Below are positions 30,646 through 39,095 of a DNA stretch of 64,000 nucleotides, piece by piece. The notes under the pieces are model-generated. The model was not told the origin of the DNA, ran no database searches, and saw only the letters and a list, made by a program, of their open reading frames with translations. Each line of letters starts with the position of its first letter. Within the stretch, counting starts at the first letter, position 1. Source of the stretch: Pyrodictiaceae archaeon (lineage in GTDB: Archaea > Thermoproteota > Thermoprotei_A > Sulfolobales > Pyrodictiaceae). Position numbers and translations under genes: made by a program. The stretch spans positions 1,124,880 through 1,188,879 of the forward strand of contig JALVSY010000007.1 of the NCBI GenBank assembly GCA_027036135.1. Direction: 5' to 3'.

Positions 30646-30930
30646 TTACTCTAGCCGTCTCCGAAACTTCTCGTATATAGTGTCGCGGTGCCCGACAGCT
30701 ATTATATAAACAGTGTCGCGGGCAGGTACGTAGCAATAGACGAGGCGATAGTCTCCCCGCCTAAGCTTGAAGCAGTATAGGTTCCTCAGGCTCGGGGGCA
30801 GGCGTAGCCTTTCCCCAATAAATGGATCCTTCTCCAATTTATCAATAAGCTCTAGGGCCCATTCAACAATATCCCTTGGTAATTGTTTTAAATCACGCCT
30901 CGCTGCTCCAACGAGACGTACACTGGGCAA
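30646..30930 (-). CDS. relE: RelE/ParE-family toxin
   Basis: KLRRGDYRLVY...VGHRDTIY. Confidence 0.88.
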   Translation of the reverse strand: MPSVRLVGAARRDLKQLPRDIVEWALELIDKLEKDPFIGERLRLPPSLRNLYCFKLRRGDYRLVYCYVPARDTVYIIAVGHRDTIYEKFRRRLE

Positions 30931-30974
30931 CTTTTCGGAGCCTCTAAGAAAATTAACACTAGTACATAGATGGA

Positions 30975-31178
30975 TTAGGTGTCTTCTTCCTCTTTCTCGC
31001 GTAGAATCTCTACTAAGGCTTCTCGGGCAGGGACAGTGTCTCTATTAAGCAGGACATCGATTATCCGCTTAGCAAGCTCTCGGCGAAACTCCTCCCTGTA
31101 CACACCCTCGTCGTCGCCCTCGGGGGTCTCAATCTCCACTACTACCTTGACCCTAGATGCACGCAAGATCCGAGACAC
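30975..31178 (-). CDS. Probable antitoxin of the RelE toxin
   Basis: Small acidic ORF directly upstream of relE on the same strand. Confidence 0.6.
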   Translation of the reverse strand: MSRILRASRVKVVVEIETPEGDDEGVYREEFRRELAKRIIDVLLNRDTVPAREALVEILREKEEEDT

Positions 31179-31334
31179 CTATACCAAGGCATAATATAGC
31201 TACTAATCATTAAAAGCGAGTATAGCCCAACTATACAAAAGTTAAGGACAAACCTTTATAAGCGTCTTGGATTCGCCTGCCACGTCTCTTGGCTCTCGCT
31301 CATTGCTGCTCTTTTGAAGAGGAGCCAAAGAAGG

Positions 31335-31481
31335 CTACTCGTTCCAGCCCTTGTCCCTGCTTTCCCGTATAATCTTCGCGGCAAGGTTCTCCTCAATACT
31401 CCTTGTTTTCTCGCGGATTCTGTCCATCTCTTCCGCTATTTTTCTTAGCCTATCTACTTGTCGCATGTCTCCCGGCACCAT
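31335..31481 (-). pseudogene. Orphan fragment resembling a VapB antitoxin C-terminus (48 aa)
   Basis: MVPGDMRQVDRLRKIAEEMDRIREKTRSIEENLAAKIIRESRDKGWNE; IIRE.RD tail typical of archaeal VapB; no DNA-binding N-terminus or toxin. Confidence 0.4.
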
Positions 31482-31523
31482 AGCCTCCTTATCTCTATTT
31501 GCAAGGCTATAGTCTTTTCCTCA

Positions 31524-32816
31524 TTAGTGCTCGTAGCTTATCCTCGCTCCTAGGCTTACTAGAGTGTCCCAGAACCCGGGGAAGGATTTCGCTACGACCA
31601 TGGGGTCTAGTATCTTGACCGGTTTCTCCGAGGCTAGGCCGAGGAGTGCTGCCAGCATCGCTACTCTGTGGTCACCATATGTGCTATAGGTTACCCCGCC
31701 GGGTAGCTTGCCACACCTCCCCCTCACTTCTATGCAGAGCCCCTTGTCCCTGTCCTCTACTAGCCGGGCCTCGACACCGCCTCTGCGGAGCACGTCGAGT
31801 ATTGCCTCTACACGGTTACTCTCCTTCAGCCTAAGCCTCTCGGCACAACAAATCCTCGAGACACCACAGGCAATGGCGGCGAGGGCTGCTAGCACTGGGC
31901 CTAGATCGGGGTAGTCGCGTATACAGGTCTCGAAGCCCTCTAGCCGCCCTCTCTCTGCCTCGGCGTAGTCCTCGCCAAGGCGTACACAGGCCCCAGCAGC
32001 CCTCAGTACATCGATTATCGCCTTGTCTGGCTGGGGATCCCCTGGGTAAACACTCTCTACGCGAACCCCGCCAGCAATAGCCCCCGCGGCTAGTAGCGCT
32101 GCAGCGCTACTCCAGTCACCCGGTACACGGTACCTCGTGGGCCTAGGAGAGCCCCTTGCAGCGAACCATGAGTAATCTCTGCGCTCGACCTGGGCACCAA
32201 AGGCCTCGAGAACGACAACGCTTATATCAACATAGGGTCTGGACTCGAGGCCCACGACACTTATCTCTAGCTCGCTGAGCCCGGCACCGAGGAAGAGCAG
32301 CGCCGACAAGTACTGGCTACTCTCCCGCGCATCAACCACGGTGCGGCCACTGGTAACCGGGCCCTGGACGACATGAGGCGGGCAACAACACCCCGAGACG
32401 AGGTAACGGGCCCCGAGAACCGCCATAGCCTCGAGCAAGGGCCTAACCGGCCTCTCATGAAGCCTCCCAGAACCATAAACAAGCACAGGCTTATCGAGGA
32501 GCCCTAGGACACCGGTAACAAGCCTCATAGTAGTACCAGACTCCCCCGCATCAATACACCGGGGCCAACGAAGCCCCCTGGGCCCAGGAGACTCCACGAC
32601 AACCCTATCTCGGCTCCTCCGCGCCTCAGCGCCCATGGCCCTAACCGCCTCGAGAGTCGCAAGGGTATCACTACTCCACAACGGGTTCTCGATAATGCTA
32701 GTACCACGAGCCAGCAACGCAGCGAGAAGAGCACGATGAGTATAGCTCTTAGAAGGAGGAGCCCTCACAACACCACTAACACTACCCGGGTAGACAACGA
32801 CAGCCCTGTTACTCAT
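31524..32816 (-). CDS. aroA: EPSP synthase
   Basis: PPSKSYTHR, ESGTTMR, SSQYLS, GDWSSA, LRLKESNR, DHRVAM, KSFPGF. Confidence 0.95.
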   Translation of the reverse strand: MSNRAVVVYPGSVSGVVRAPPSKSYTHRALLAALLARGTSIIENPLWSSDTLATLEAVRAMGAEARRSRDRVVVESPGPRGLRWPRCIDAGESGTTMRLVTGVLGLLDKPVLVYGSGRLHERPVRPLLEAMAVLGARYLVSGCCCPPHVVQGPVTSGRTVVDARESSQYLSALLFLGAGLSELEISVVGLESRPYVDISVVVLEAFGAQVERRDYSWFAARGSPRPTRYRVPGDWSSAAALLAAGAIAGGVRVESVYPGDPQPDKAIIDVLRAAGACVRLGEDYAEAERGRLEGFETCIRDYPDLGPVLAALAAIACGVSRICCAERLRLKESNRVEAILDVLRRGGVEARLVEDRDKGLCIEVRGRCGKLPGGVTYSTYGDHRVAMLAALLGLASEKPVKILDPMVVAKSFPGFWDTLVSLGARISYEH

Positions 32817-32972
32817 TATTACACCCTAGGGACCCCATAGCGAGCTTCGTAACAAGTCCCTCTTAGGGGGCTTGTCCAGGGTTCTTCTATTACTTAGGTA
32901 TACCCTAGCCTACGAGATTATATGAGTAGAGACAAGGACTATGACGGTATCGCAGCGAGCAGGTTACTAAAA

Positions 32973-33536
32973 CTACTCCTTTCTCCTACTGTGTTTTTCT
33001 AGGCAAAGCTCACTAAGCATCCCAGCTATGTACCTTATTACACGGTACGATAGGAGGGCCCCGAGAACCACTAGCGTGATAGAGAGGAGGATTACCTCGT
33101 AGTACGTGGTGCTCGTTAGCTTGCTCTTATAGTTGAGGGCTACTATTGGTAGTATTGCTCCGCTCACGATCACCGATAATAGTAATGGGAGGACAACAAT
33201 CAAGGCGACATGGACGCGCCTAGGCAGGAGAGCAAAACAAAGCTCCAGCTCAACCAGCCCTACCCCCTTCCTAAAAGCTCTATATAAGTACACCACGTAA
33301 GCGACAAGGAAGACCAGAACAGCAACCCCTACACCGATTAGAGAGACACGGGCCCCAAGCTCTGAGGCACCAGAGCTTCTACGAGACAACTCAAGGAAAA
33401 CATCCACAGCTATGGTAGCTATTATGCCCACGAACCCGGCTAAGAGAACTCCTTCCCGGCGACGACGAGCACCAATACCAGCAATAACACCGAAAACAGC
33501 ACCAATAATAACCAAGACAAACGAGACAGAACCCAT
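32973..33536 (-). CDS. Multi-pass membrane protein, paralog family A (candidate immunity)
   Basis: ATG 33536 after GGAGGG; 5-6 hydrophobic segments; similar to 35560 and 36178 ORFs. Confidence 0.75.
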   Translation of the reverse strand: MGSVSFVLVIIGAVFGVIAGIGARRRREGVLLAGFVGIIATIAVDVFLELSRRSSGASELGARVSLIGVGVAVLVFLVAYVVYLYRAFRKGVGLVELELCFALLPRRVHVALIVVLPLLLSVIVSGAILPIVALNYKSKLTSTTYYEVILLSITLVVLGALLSYRVIRYIAGMLSELCLEKHSRRKE

Positions 33537-33599
33537 CCCTAGCCCTCCAGCTTCAAACAATAATAATGACGAGATTCGGTAAAAACGGTTCTAATCAGG

Positions 33600-33788
33600 T
33601 TAGGAATGACATATAAAGAGACATATTGCTGCGTTAACCCCAGCGTCCACAAGGAGGCAGAGAACACAAGCTGGACATGTTATCTCTAACGGCGTATATA
33701 GGCAAGGGAGACAAACCCTAAGGCGTATACTAGCAATGCTCTGCATAAAGTGCTCAGCAAGACATTCTGCTACGCATTGCCGGTAACC
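33600..33788 (-). pseudogene. Cys-rich hydrophobic peptide C-terminus (halocin C8-like pattern), 5'-truncated
   Basis: Open frame GYRQCVAECLAEHFMQSIASIRLRVCLPCLYTPLEITCPACVLCLLVDAGVNAAICLFICHS* (9 Cys); absent from the ORF track. Confidence 0.6.
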
Positions 33789-33896
33789 TTACCGGCATCT
33801 ATGCATTAATCTAGCGGAATAGGCTACGAAGCCTGACAAGCTCGTAGTAGACAATGGTGAGGTGAGAGGGGACATAGCGAGACGAGGTAGAAACAA

Positions 33897-34319
33897 GTGT
33901 TAGGCAAGAAAAAGACTAGACGGAAGTGCGTAATTCACTATCCTACTATAAAGACGCTTCTCCACGCAGTAGAGAAACTAAGACAACTTTACCCAGAGGA
34001 TCACATACACGTAGTCTCTAGAAGCGCCCTAGAGGACGCTGTTTCAGCTGCTAAATTCGCCGCCACATTTACGAGAGAATCATGCAAAGAGAAGAAACTC
34101 GTAGCTGCAGCCACGCTCTTCTATGAGCTAGTAACTAGGCACCCGCTGAGCGATGGTAATAAGAGACTAGCAACAGTTGTGTTAGCAGCGTTTTTGAAGA
34201 AGAACTCGTTGAAGACACCATGGCCAGGTAGGGTTTGGAAAGTAGCTGTCCACGTAGCTACTGGCGAGTGGGATATTGAGAGAACGAAGCGCTGGCTTGA
34301 AAGAATTCAGCACGAGTAG
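33897..34319 (+). CDS. Fic/Doc-family toxin
   Basis: HPLSDGNKRLA Doc-type motif. Confidence 0.85.
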   Translation: MLGKKKTRRKCVIHYPTIKTLLHAVEKLRQLYPEDHIHVVSRSALEDAVSAAKFAATFTRESCKEKKLVAAATLFYELVTRHPLSDGNKRLATVVLAAFLKKNSLKTPWPGRVWKVAVHVATGEWDIERTKRWLERIQHE

Positions 34320-34325
34320 GGACGA

Positions 34326-34460
34326 CTACGCCTTGGCTGGCTTCTTAGCAGCTTTGAGATCATATTCTCTGAGCTTATCCAGGTCTTCACGGTATTCCTG
34401 TATAGCCCAGTCTATGGCTTCTCTCCACGTCACGGCTTTCTTGTGCTTCCTTGTAGGCAT
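34326..34460 (-). CDS. Small charged protein, possible antitoxin of the Doc toxin
   Basis: MPTRKHKKAVTWREAIDWAIQEYREDLDKLREYD...; converges on the Fic gene with a 6-bp gap. Confidence 0.45.
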   Translation of the reverse strand: MPTRKHKKAVTWREAIDWAIQEYREDLDKLREYDLKAAKKPAKA

Positions 34461-34830
34461 GGATTCCTGCCCATGTATAGGATAGAGGTGGTCTAGCTTT
34501 GAGTTTTGTGGAGTACCGTGAGGCAATCAACTATGTTTAGGTCTTATACAGGCTTTAGATCAATGGGCTAAGACGGCGCGCTTCTGCAACGCATACATTG
34601 AGCGCTCTCGCCTGCGCCTTTTATCAATACTTGCCAAGAAACGCCTAGGATGATGCACGAGAAAGCAATAATAATAATAGTAATGGATTTCAATGTGTGG
34701 TGTTGTTTCAGTTATAGTAGGCTTAATAGATAGTCTCGTAGGGGACTCGTAGCTGCTATCCATATGTCTTTTTCTGTGAGCAAGTAATCGCATATACCAG
34801 CGCGTGTAACTATATCCTATTATATGACGG

Positions 34831-34934
34831 TGCTTGAGCTATATCGAGGCCATGCTAATAGGTTGCGCAGCGTGTGTAGCGTATGTAGCAGAGTGTTCTG
34901 GTGCAACATATGGGTGCTTGCATGCTGTACTTGA
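34831..34934 (+). pseudogene. Degenerate Cys-rich peptide C-terminus no. 2
   Basis: CLSYIEAMLIGCAACVAYVAECSGATYGCLHA then TGT ACT TGA in the shifted frame; GAGGAGG follows immediately. Confidence 0.45.
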
Positions 34935-34947
34935 GGAGGGGTACCAA

Positions 34948-35298
34948 GTGAAGGAGCCCTCTACCCTCAAGCTTTTTCTCATACTTTTTGTAAAGATATT
35001 CCTACTAGTAGCGATAATATTGCACGAGTTTACTCCCTTAAATCCCGTCTTTGGCCCTATGCAGGCCGTGATAGCTCTTGCTATTATCTTTGTTCTCTCT
35101 ATAAGGAAGAGACTAGGACATTGCTTATCGTTGCTCACCGATCTCATTATAGCCTTGGACTTGTCTACGTACTTTATCGAGTTAGCGCCAAGGGAGTTCG
35201 AGGCTGCTAAGCCCTTGTTAAACCCTGGTTACTCGTTGCTCTTTCTCAGCCTAATCCTCGTGGTATTTGCACTAGCTAGGCTCATGGTGGAGGAGTGA
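34948..35298 (+). CDS. Small 4-TM membrane protein (candidate immunity)
   Basis: GTG 34948 preceded by GAGGAGGGG; hydrophobic 116 aa. Confidence 0.65.
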   Translation: MKEPSTLKLFLILFVKIFLLVAIILHEFTPLNPVFGPMQAVIALAIIFVLSIRKRLGHCLSLLTDLIIALDLSTYFIELAPREFEAAKPLLNPGYSLLFLSLILVVFALARLMVEE

Positions 35299-35314
35299 AT
35301 CTTGTGCTTACTAG

Positions 35315-35497
35315 CATCCTTGCTACACCAGTAGGGGATGGGCATGGGACTCTCCGGGCTTGATACGAGATTGGCTTGTTTATGGCTTTACGTGCTACGA
35401 GGAGAGTGCAATACGGTTTCCAGAGACTTGCCTGCCCTGCCTAGCATGTGTGGGGGTAGCGGCTACGTTTTGCGCTATAGAGTGCGCACTTATCTAA
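35315..35497 (+). pseudogene. Degenerate Cys-rich peptide C-terminus no. 3
   Basis: Frame reads ...GFTCYEESAIRFPETCLPCLACVGVAATFCAIECALI* (TAA 35495-35497). Confidence 0.55.
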
Positions 35498-35559
35498 TCT
35501 ATTTTGTCCTATTTTTTCTCGGGTAAGCATCTCTTTTCTCTTATCGTAGGAGGTGCGTC

Positions 35560-36177
35560 TTGGTGGGGAGAAGGCATCTTATCTATACTATTGTGGCTGC
35601 TGCTCTGGTTCTCTTGGTGGATTTAATTGGGTATCCCCGCATATTTGGTCTCGCCGATATAGTTGTTAGTGCGGTATTGATAGGTGTTGCTGTATGGGCG
35701 GCCTCGGCCTATGACCGGGGAAGGCTTGATCGCTACACCATCGGCCTCTTAGTGGCCATGGGCATCGTGTTGGCCCAGGTAATTATTTCTCTGAGTCTTA
35801 GCCCTCATAGCCTCTTCATGGTTGTGCTGGGAATGGGTATTCTCATGGGTTATCTTGTCTTTGGTGCGTTGTATTACTTGGGGCGGAGGAGGGGGCTTCG
35901 TCTCTCAGATATTAATATGTGCTCTTTGGCTGATAGGCGTGTCCTCTACGCCTCTATGCTGGCTACTCTCCTAGTCATAGTAGTAGTTGGTGGCGTTGCG
36001 TATGCTCTGCTGGCTTACTGGTATAGGGCTAGGCTTGGCCACTGCATTGCCTGGAGAGAAGCAGTTGACTGGGTAATCATCCTCATAAGCATCTATGCAG
36101 CGTACAGGCTCATGGAGTGGAGCGTGGAGAAGTGCGCAACCCTTAAGAGAGGGAGCGTGAGCCATGGGTTCTCCTGA
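35560..36177 (+). CDS. Multi-pass membrane protein, paralog family A (candidate immunity)
   Basis: AGGAGGTG RBS; ~6 TM; GLRLSDINMC..DRRVLYA and C-terminal YR...EKC shared with paralogs. Confidence 0.75.
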   Translation: MVGRRHLIYTIVAAALVLLVDLIGYPRIFGLADIVVSAVLIGVAVWAASAYDRGRLDRYTIGLLVAMGIVLAQVIISLSLSPHSLFMVVLGMGILMGYLVFGALYYLGRRRGLRLSDINMCSLADRRVLYASMLATLLVIVVVGGVAYALLAYWYRARLGHCIAWREAVDWVIILISIYAAYRLMEWSVEKCATLKRGSVSHGFS

Positions 36178-36768
36178 GTGATTCCTAGCTTTTTGATTCA
36201 CTCATTGCACTGTAGTAGGGTGCTCGGTGGCTTGGTTGGTGTTGTCGAGGCACTGGTTATCTCCGCTGGTGTCGTCGCTGGCGTGGTGGTCGCTGTTAGT
36301 GCTAGGAGGAGGGCTTGGAGAAACTACGTTGCTGGCCTCATGGCTCTTCTCGTGACCGATGCTGTGTGGGGGCTCCTTCAGCTACGGGGCCAGGAGTATA
36401 ACGCTCCAAGTGTCATGGCGTTTATCGGGTCCTTGGCGAGCATCGCTGTACTACTCATCTACGTGCTTGTCGCCGAGCTACGTGGAGTAAGGCTCGTGCA
36501 AGTAATGGAGTGCATTTACCTGGATAGAAGCGTCCTCGTCGCAATAGTAGTTCTGCCCACGGCGCTAATATTCCTCGCCGGGGGACTAGTGGTTATAGCT
36601 GTGGTTGTTCTTAGCCCGGGGAACCAGCCATTCATAATCAACGCGGAGGTAGTGGCTCTAGCCACTGGCATGACCATCGCTGGGTTCCTCGGCGTACGCG
36701 CCTCGATAAACAAGTTATCGAGCTGCATAAGGGCGGCGAAGAAGACTAGCGGGAAGAGAAAAACATAA
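36178..36768 (+). CDS. Multi-pass membrane protein, paralog family A (true start probably TTG ~36232)
   Basis: SARRR..AG, GVRLVQVMEC..LDRSVLVAIVVLP, basic tail; aligns by eye to 32973-33536. Confidence 0.75.
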   Translation: MIPSFLIHSLHCSRVLGGLVGVVEALVISAGVVAGVVVAVSARRRAWRNYVAGLMALLVTDAVWGLLQLRGQEYNAPSVMAFIGSLASIAVLLIYVLVAELRGVRLVQVMECIYLDRSVLVAIVVLPTALIFLAGGLVVIAVVVLSPGNQPFIINAEVVALATGMTIAGFLGVRASINKLSSCIRAAKKTSGKRKT

Positions 36769-36897
36769 CAACGGTAAAAGGTCTCGAAAAGTGCCAGATG
36801 GTCTTGCTAGTCCTTGTTATCGATACAGCGCCTATCGCCTAGGGGCTCACGGCTTCCCTTGCATAGCTTCCCACGTTTTCCTCGGCGTCTTTACTAG

Positions 36898-37251
36898 CTA
36901 GTATAGCTGCTCAAGCCTCCTCGTGGCTCTGAGGAAGAGCTTTGCCCTGTTTTCATCAACTACTATGAGGTTTATTGGGTAGTCCCAGGGCAGTCCAAGC
37001 CTGAATGCCTCATCCCATATCCTTATGGAGGCCTCGATGAGGTCTCGGCTACTATGCCTCCCTGGAAGTATTACTAGGATATCGACGTCGCTTAGCGCGG
37101 TATAGGTTCCTTCGGCCACGCTTCCTATGAGGTATACGCGTGCGCTTGGCGCAATCCTCTTCACGGCCTCGACTACGTATCTTGCGTAGTGTCTCCACTC
37201 GCGTAGGAGCCTAAGCCTCTCCAGCGCTAGCTTCTCCCATGTTAGTTGCAA
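36898..37251 (-). CDS. MNT nucleotidyltransferase antitoxin
   Basis: YLIGSVAEG..SDVDILV. Confidence 0.85.
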   Translation of the reverse strand: MQLTWEKLALERLRLLREWRHYARYVVEAVKRIAPSARVYLIGSVAEGTYTALSDVDILVILPGRHSSRDLIEASIRIWDEAFRLGLPWDYPINLIVVDENRAKLFLRATRRLEQLY

Positions 37252-37660
37252 GCCTCTCCACCTCCTCCAGGAGGCTCCACAGCCTCTTCGCTACCGAGAC
37301 GAGCTTGGAGGCAAGCTCATGGTCGTATTCCAAGTGGCCATACCTGGTAAGCGTGTAGGCATCCTCGAGTGCCCCGAGTAGGCTGCGATAAGTCCTAGTG
37401 AACTCGTCTATCCTTTCGGCGGCCTGGACTAGGCCTGCCCGGAGCAAATTATTCCTCATCAAGCCCAGCAGCCATCTAACACTATGACTGCGTGGCGTAA
37501 CGCCCCAGAGTCTATAAATAATTGCTTTTAGCCTGAGCTGCACAGCTTGTTCAGCATTAAACACAGCTAGATCATACTCTCCTTTCCCGAGAAGGTCTTC
37601 GGCAAGGCTCAAGAATGCACGGGCCCGTCTAGCTAGTAGCCTATAGTAGTCACCACTCAT
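37211..37660 (-). CDS. HEPN-domain protein
   Basis: YDLAVFNAEQAVQLRLKA, PRSHSV, LEDAY..TRY. Confidence 0.85.
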   Translation of the reverse strand: MSGDYYRLLARRARAFLSLAEDLLGKGEYDLAVFNAEQAVQLRLKAIIYRLWGVTPRSHSVRWLLGLMRNNLLRAGLVQAAERIDEFTRTYRSLLGALEDAYTLTRYGHLEYDHELASKLVSVAKRLWSLLEEVERLATNMGEASAGEA

Positions 37661-37743
37661 AGCCATGCCTCCAAGGAAAATATTGACGAGGTGTAGCGGG
37701 GTTATGCCAAGTAAATAGTAAATCCTATGGGTAATTATTGTTT

Positions 37744-38988
37744 CTATGTACATAGAGTCTCAAGTGATTTAACGATTTGCTTGTACATTTCCTCGAGTCC
37801 TTGGCGAGGTTCTCCCTGTTTCTCCTTGCTTTCTTCATCTCTATAGGTTTCCTCGGGCCTAGCAGTATATGTTTCGTAGAGTAGTTTGAGTATGGCTACT
37901 CTAGTGACCCTGTTAGCTGGCGCGATGACGCTGGGGATGCCTATGCCTCCGCCTCCGCAGCCGTGGTGGCAGCTTGTGTTGCACTCCCTGTTCCAGCCAT
38001 AGATCCCTAGGTATCTTGGGTCGCCGTATTGTAGTATGTTTTCCTGTACGAGCTTCTCTACGAGTTCTCTATAATTGTTTGCTTCATCGGCTCCTAGAGA
38101 GGTTTGGGCAACCTGGTAGAGCAGGGCTGTGGTATTCGGGGTTTCCCGGGCTATGTCTCTGAGCCTGAGAATGGCTTGCTCATATAGCGCGCATACTTTG
38201 TCAACGCCGTAGGCGCGCGTGGATAGTAGTAGCTGTGGATGCCCACCAATAACCTCCATTAATTCCCTGTCTATTCCGTATTCCCTTGCCAATGCCTCGG
38301 AGTCCCTTAGCGTCATCTCGCCGAGGTAGAACGGGACAACGTAGAGAGGGCTAATAGGGCTACGCAATGCCCGGAGGCAAAAAGCATAGTCACTCGTAAC
38401 CATTACGAGCTTCGCTCCCAGGCCCTCTAGGGCTAACTCGTGCTGAATATCTGCAACAAGCTTGATGAAGCCACGTATAGCCTCGTCCTCTAGGCTGAGC
38501 AGGTACTGGGCCTCATCAATAACTATGACTGTGCCCTTCTCGCTGCTCTTGGCAGCTAGCCTTAGGAGAAACCTATAGTACTCCTCCACTCCCTGCCTAT
38601 AGAAGAGGCTCACTATGCCACTAAGCTCCTGCTCGGCCCCAAGAACTTTCTCAACGAGGACGCCTAGCCCAAGCTCAGCTGCAACCCTCTTAACGAGGCT
38701 ACCAGCTATCCCTAGGCTGCGCACCACGCCCCCCAATAGCTCCTCGAGAACCTTTTCCCGGCTCACCGGGCCAAGGCACTGCAGCGCTACATACGCTGTG
38801 CCATAGCCCTCGTTTCGCAGCTTCTCAGAGCCTCTAGGACGAGCCTCGTCTTACCTATACCACTAGGGGCCGTAGACTAGGACAACGTCCTTAGGGCTCT
38901 CAAGCGACGGTCTAATGTACTTAACTAGGCGCCTAAGCTCGCAGACTCGGCTAACGAATCTCTCTGTCAACTCTCCTCTTGTCCCCAC
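37744..38988 (-). CDS. Archaeal ATPase; Walker A region displaced by two compensating indels (~38868, ~38822)
   Basis: Upstream of the listed ORF: RFVSRVCELRRL...LVYGP|SGIGKTRLVLEAL|KLRNEG; Walker B IVIDEAQ; IGGHP. Confidence 0.8.
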
Positions 38989-39095
38989 TACGTTATTCCT
39001 AGCAAGCGAGTACCTAATAGCCTGAACTAGGCACAATAAGAGACTAAATAGAGAGCCCCTGCGATATCAGGCAGTGCTAAGGAGGGATAAGTTAC

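Noticed and set aside
34667-34682. (AAT)n microsatellite and the YYYYY ORF 34560-34793
   Set aside because: Four to five units in decayed DNA; the minus-strand ORF has no protein-like features.
35338-35526. 62-aa ORF in the track
   Set aside because: A different frame of the same DNA carries the coherent CxxCxxC...CxxxC pattern; this ORF is probably a by-product of the decayed gene.
34400-36075. WREAIDW (34326-34460 ORF) versus WREAVDW (35560 ORF)
   Set aside because: Only a 7-residue match in unrelated contexts (soluble versus TM) with no flanking similarity; treated as coincidence.
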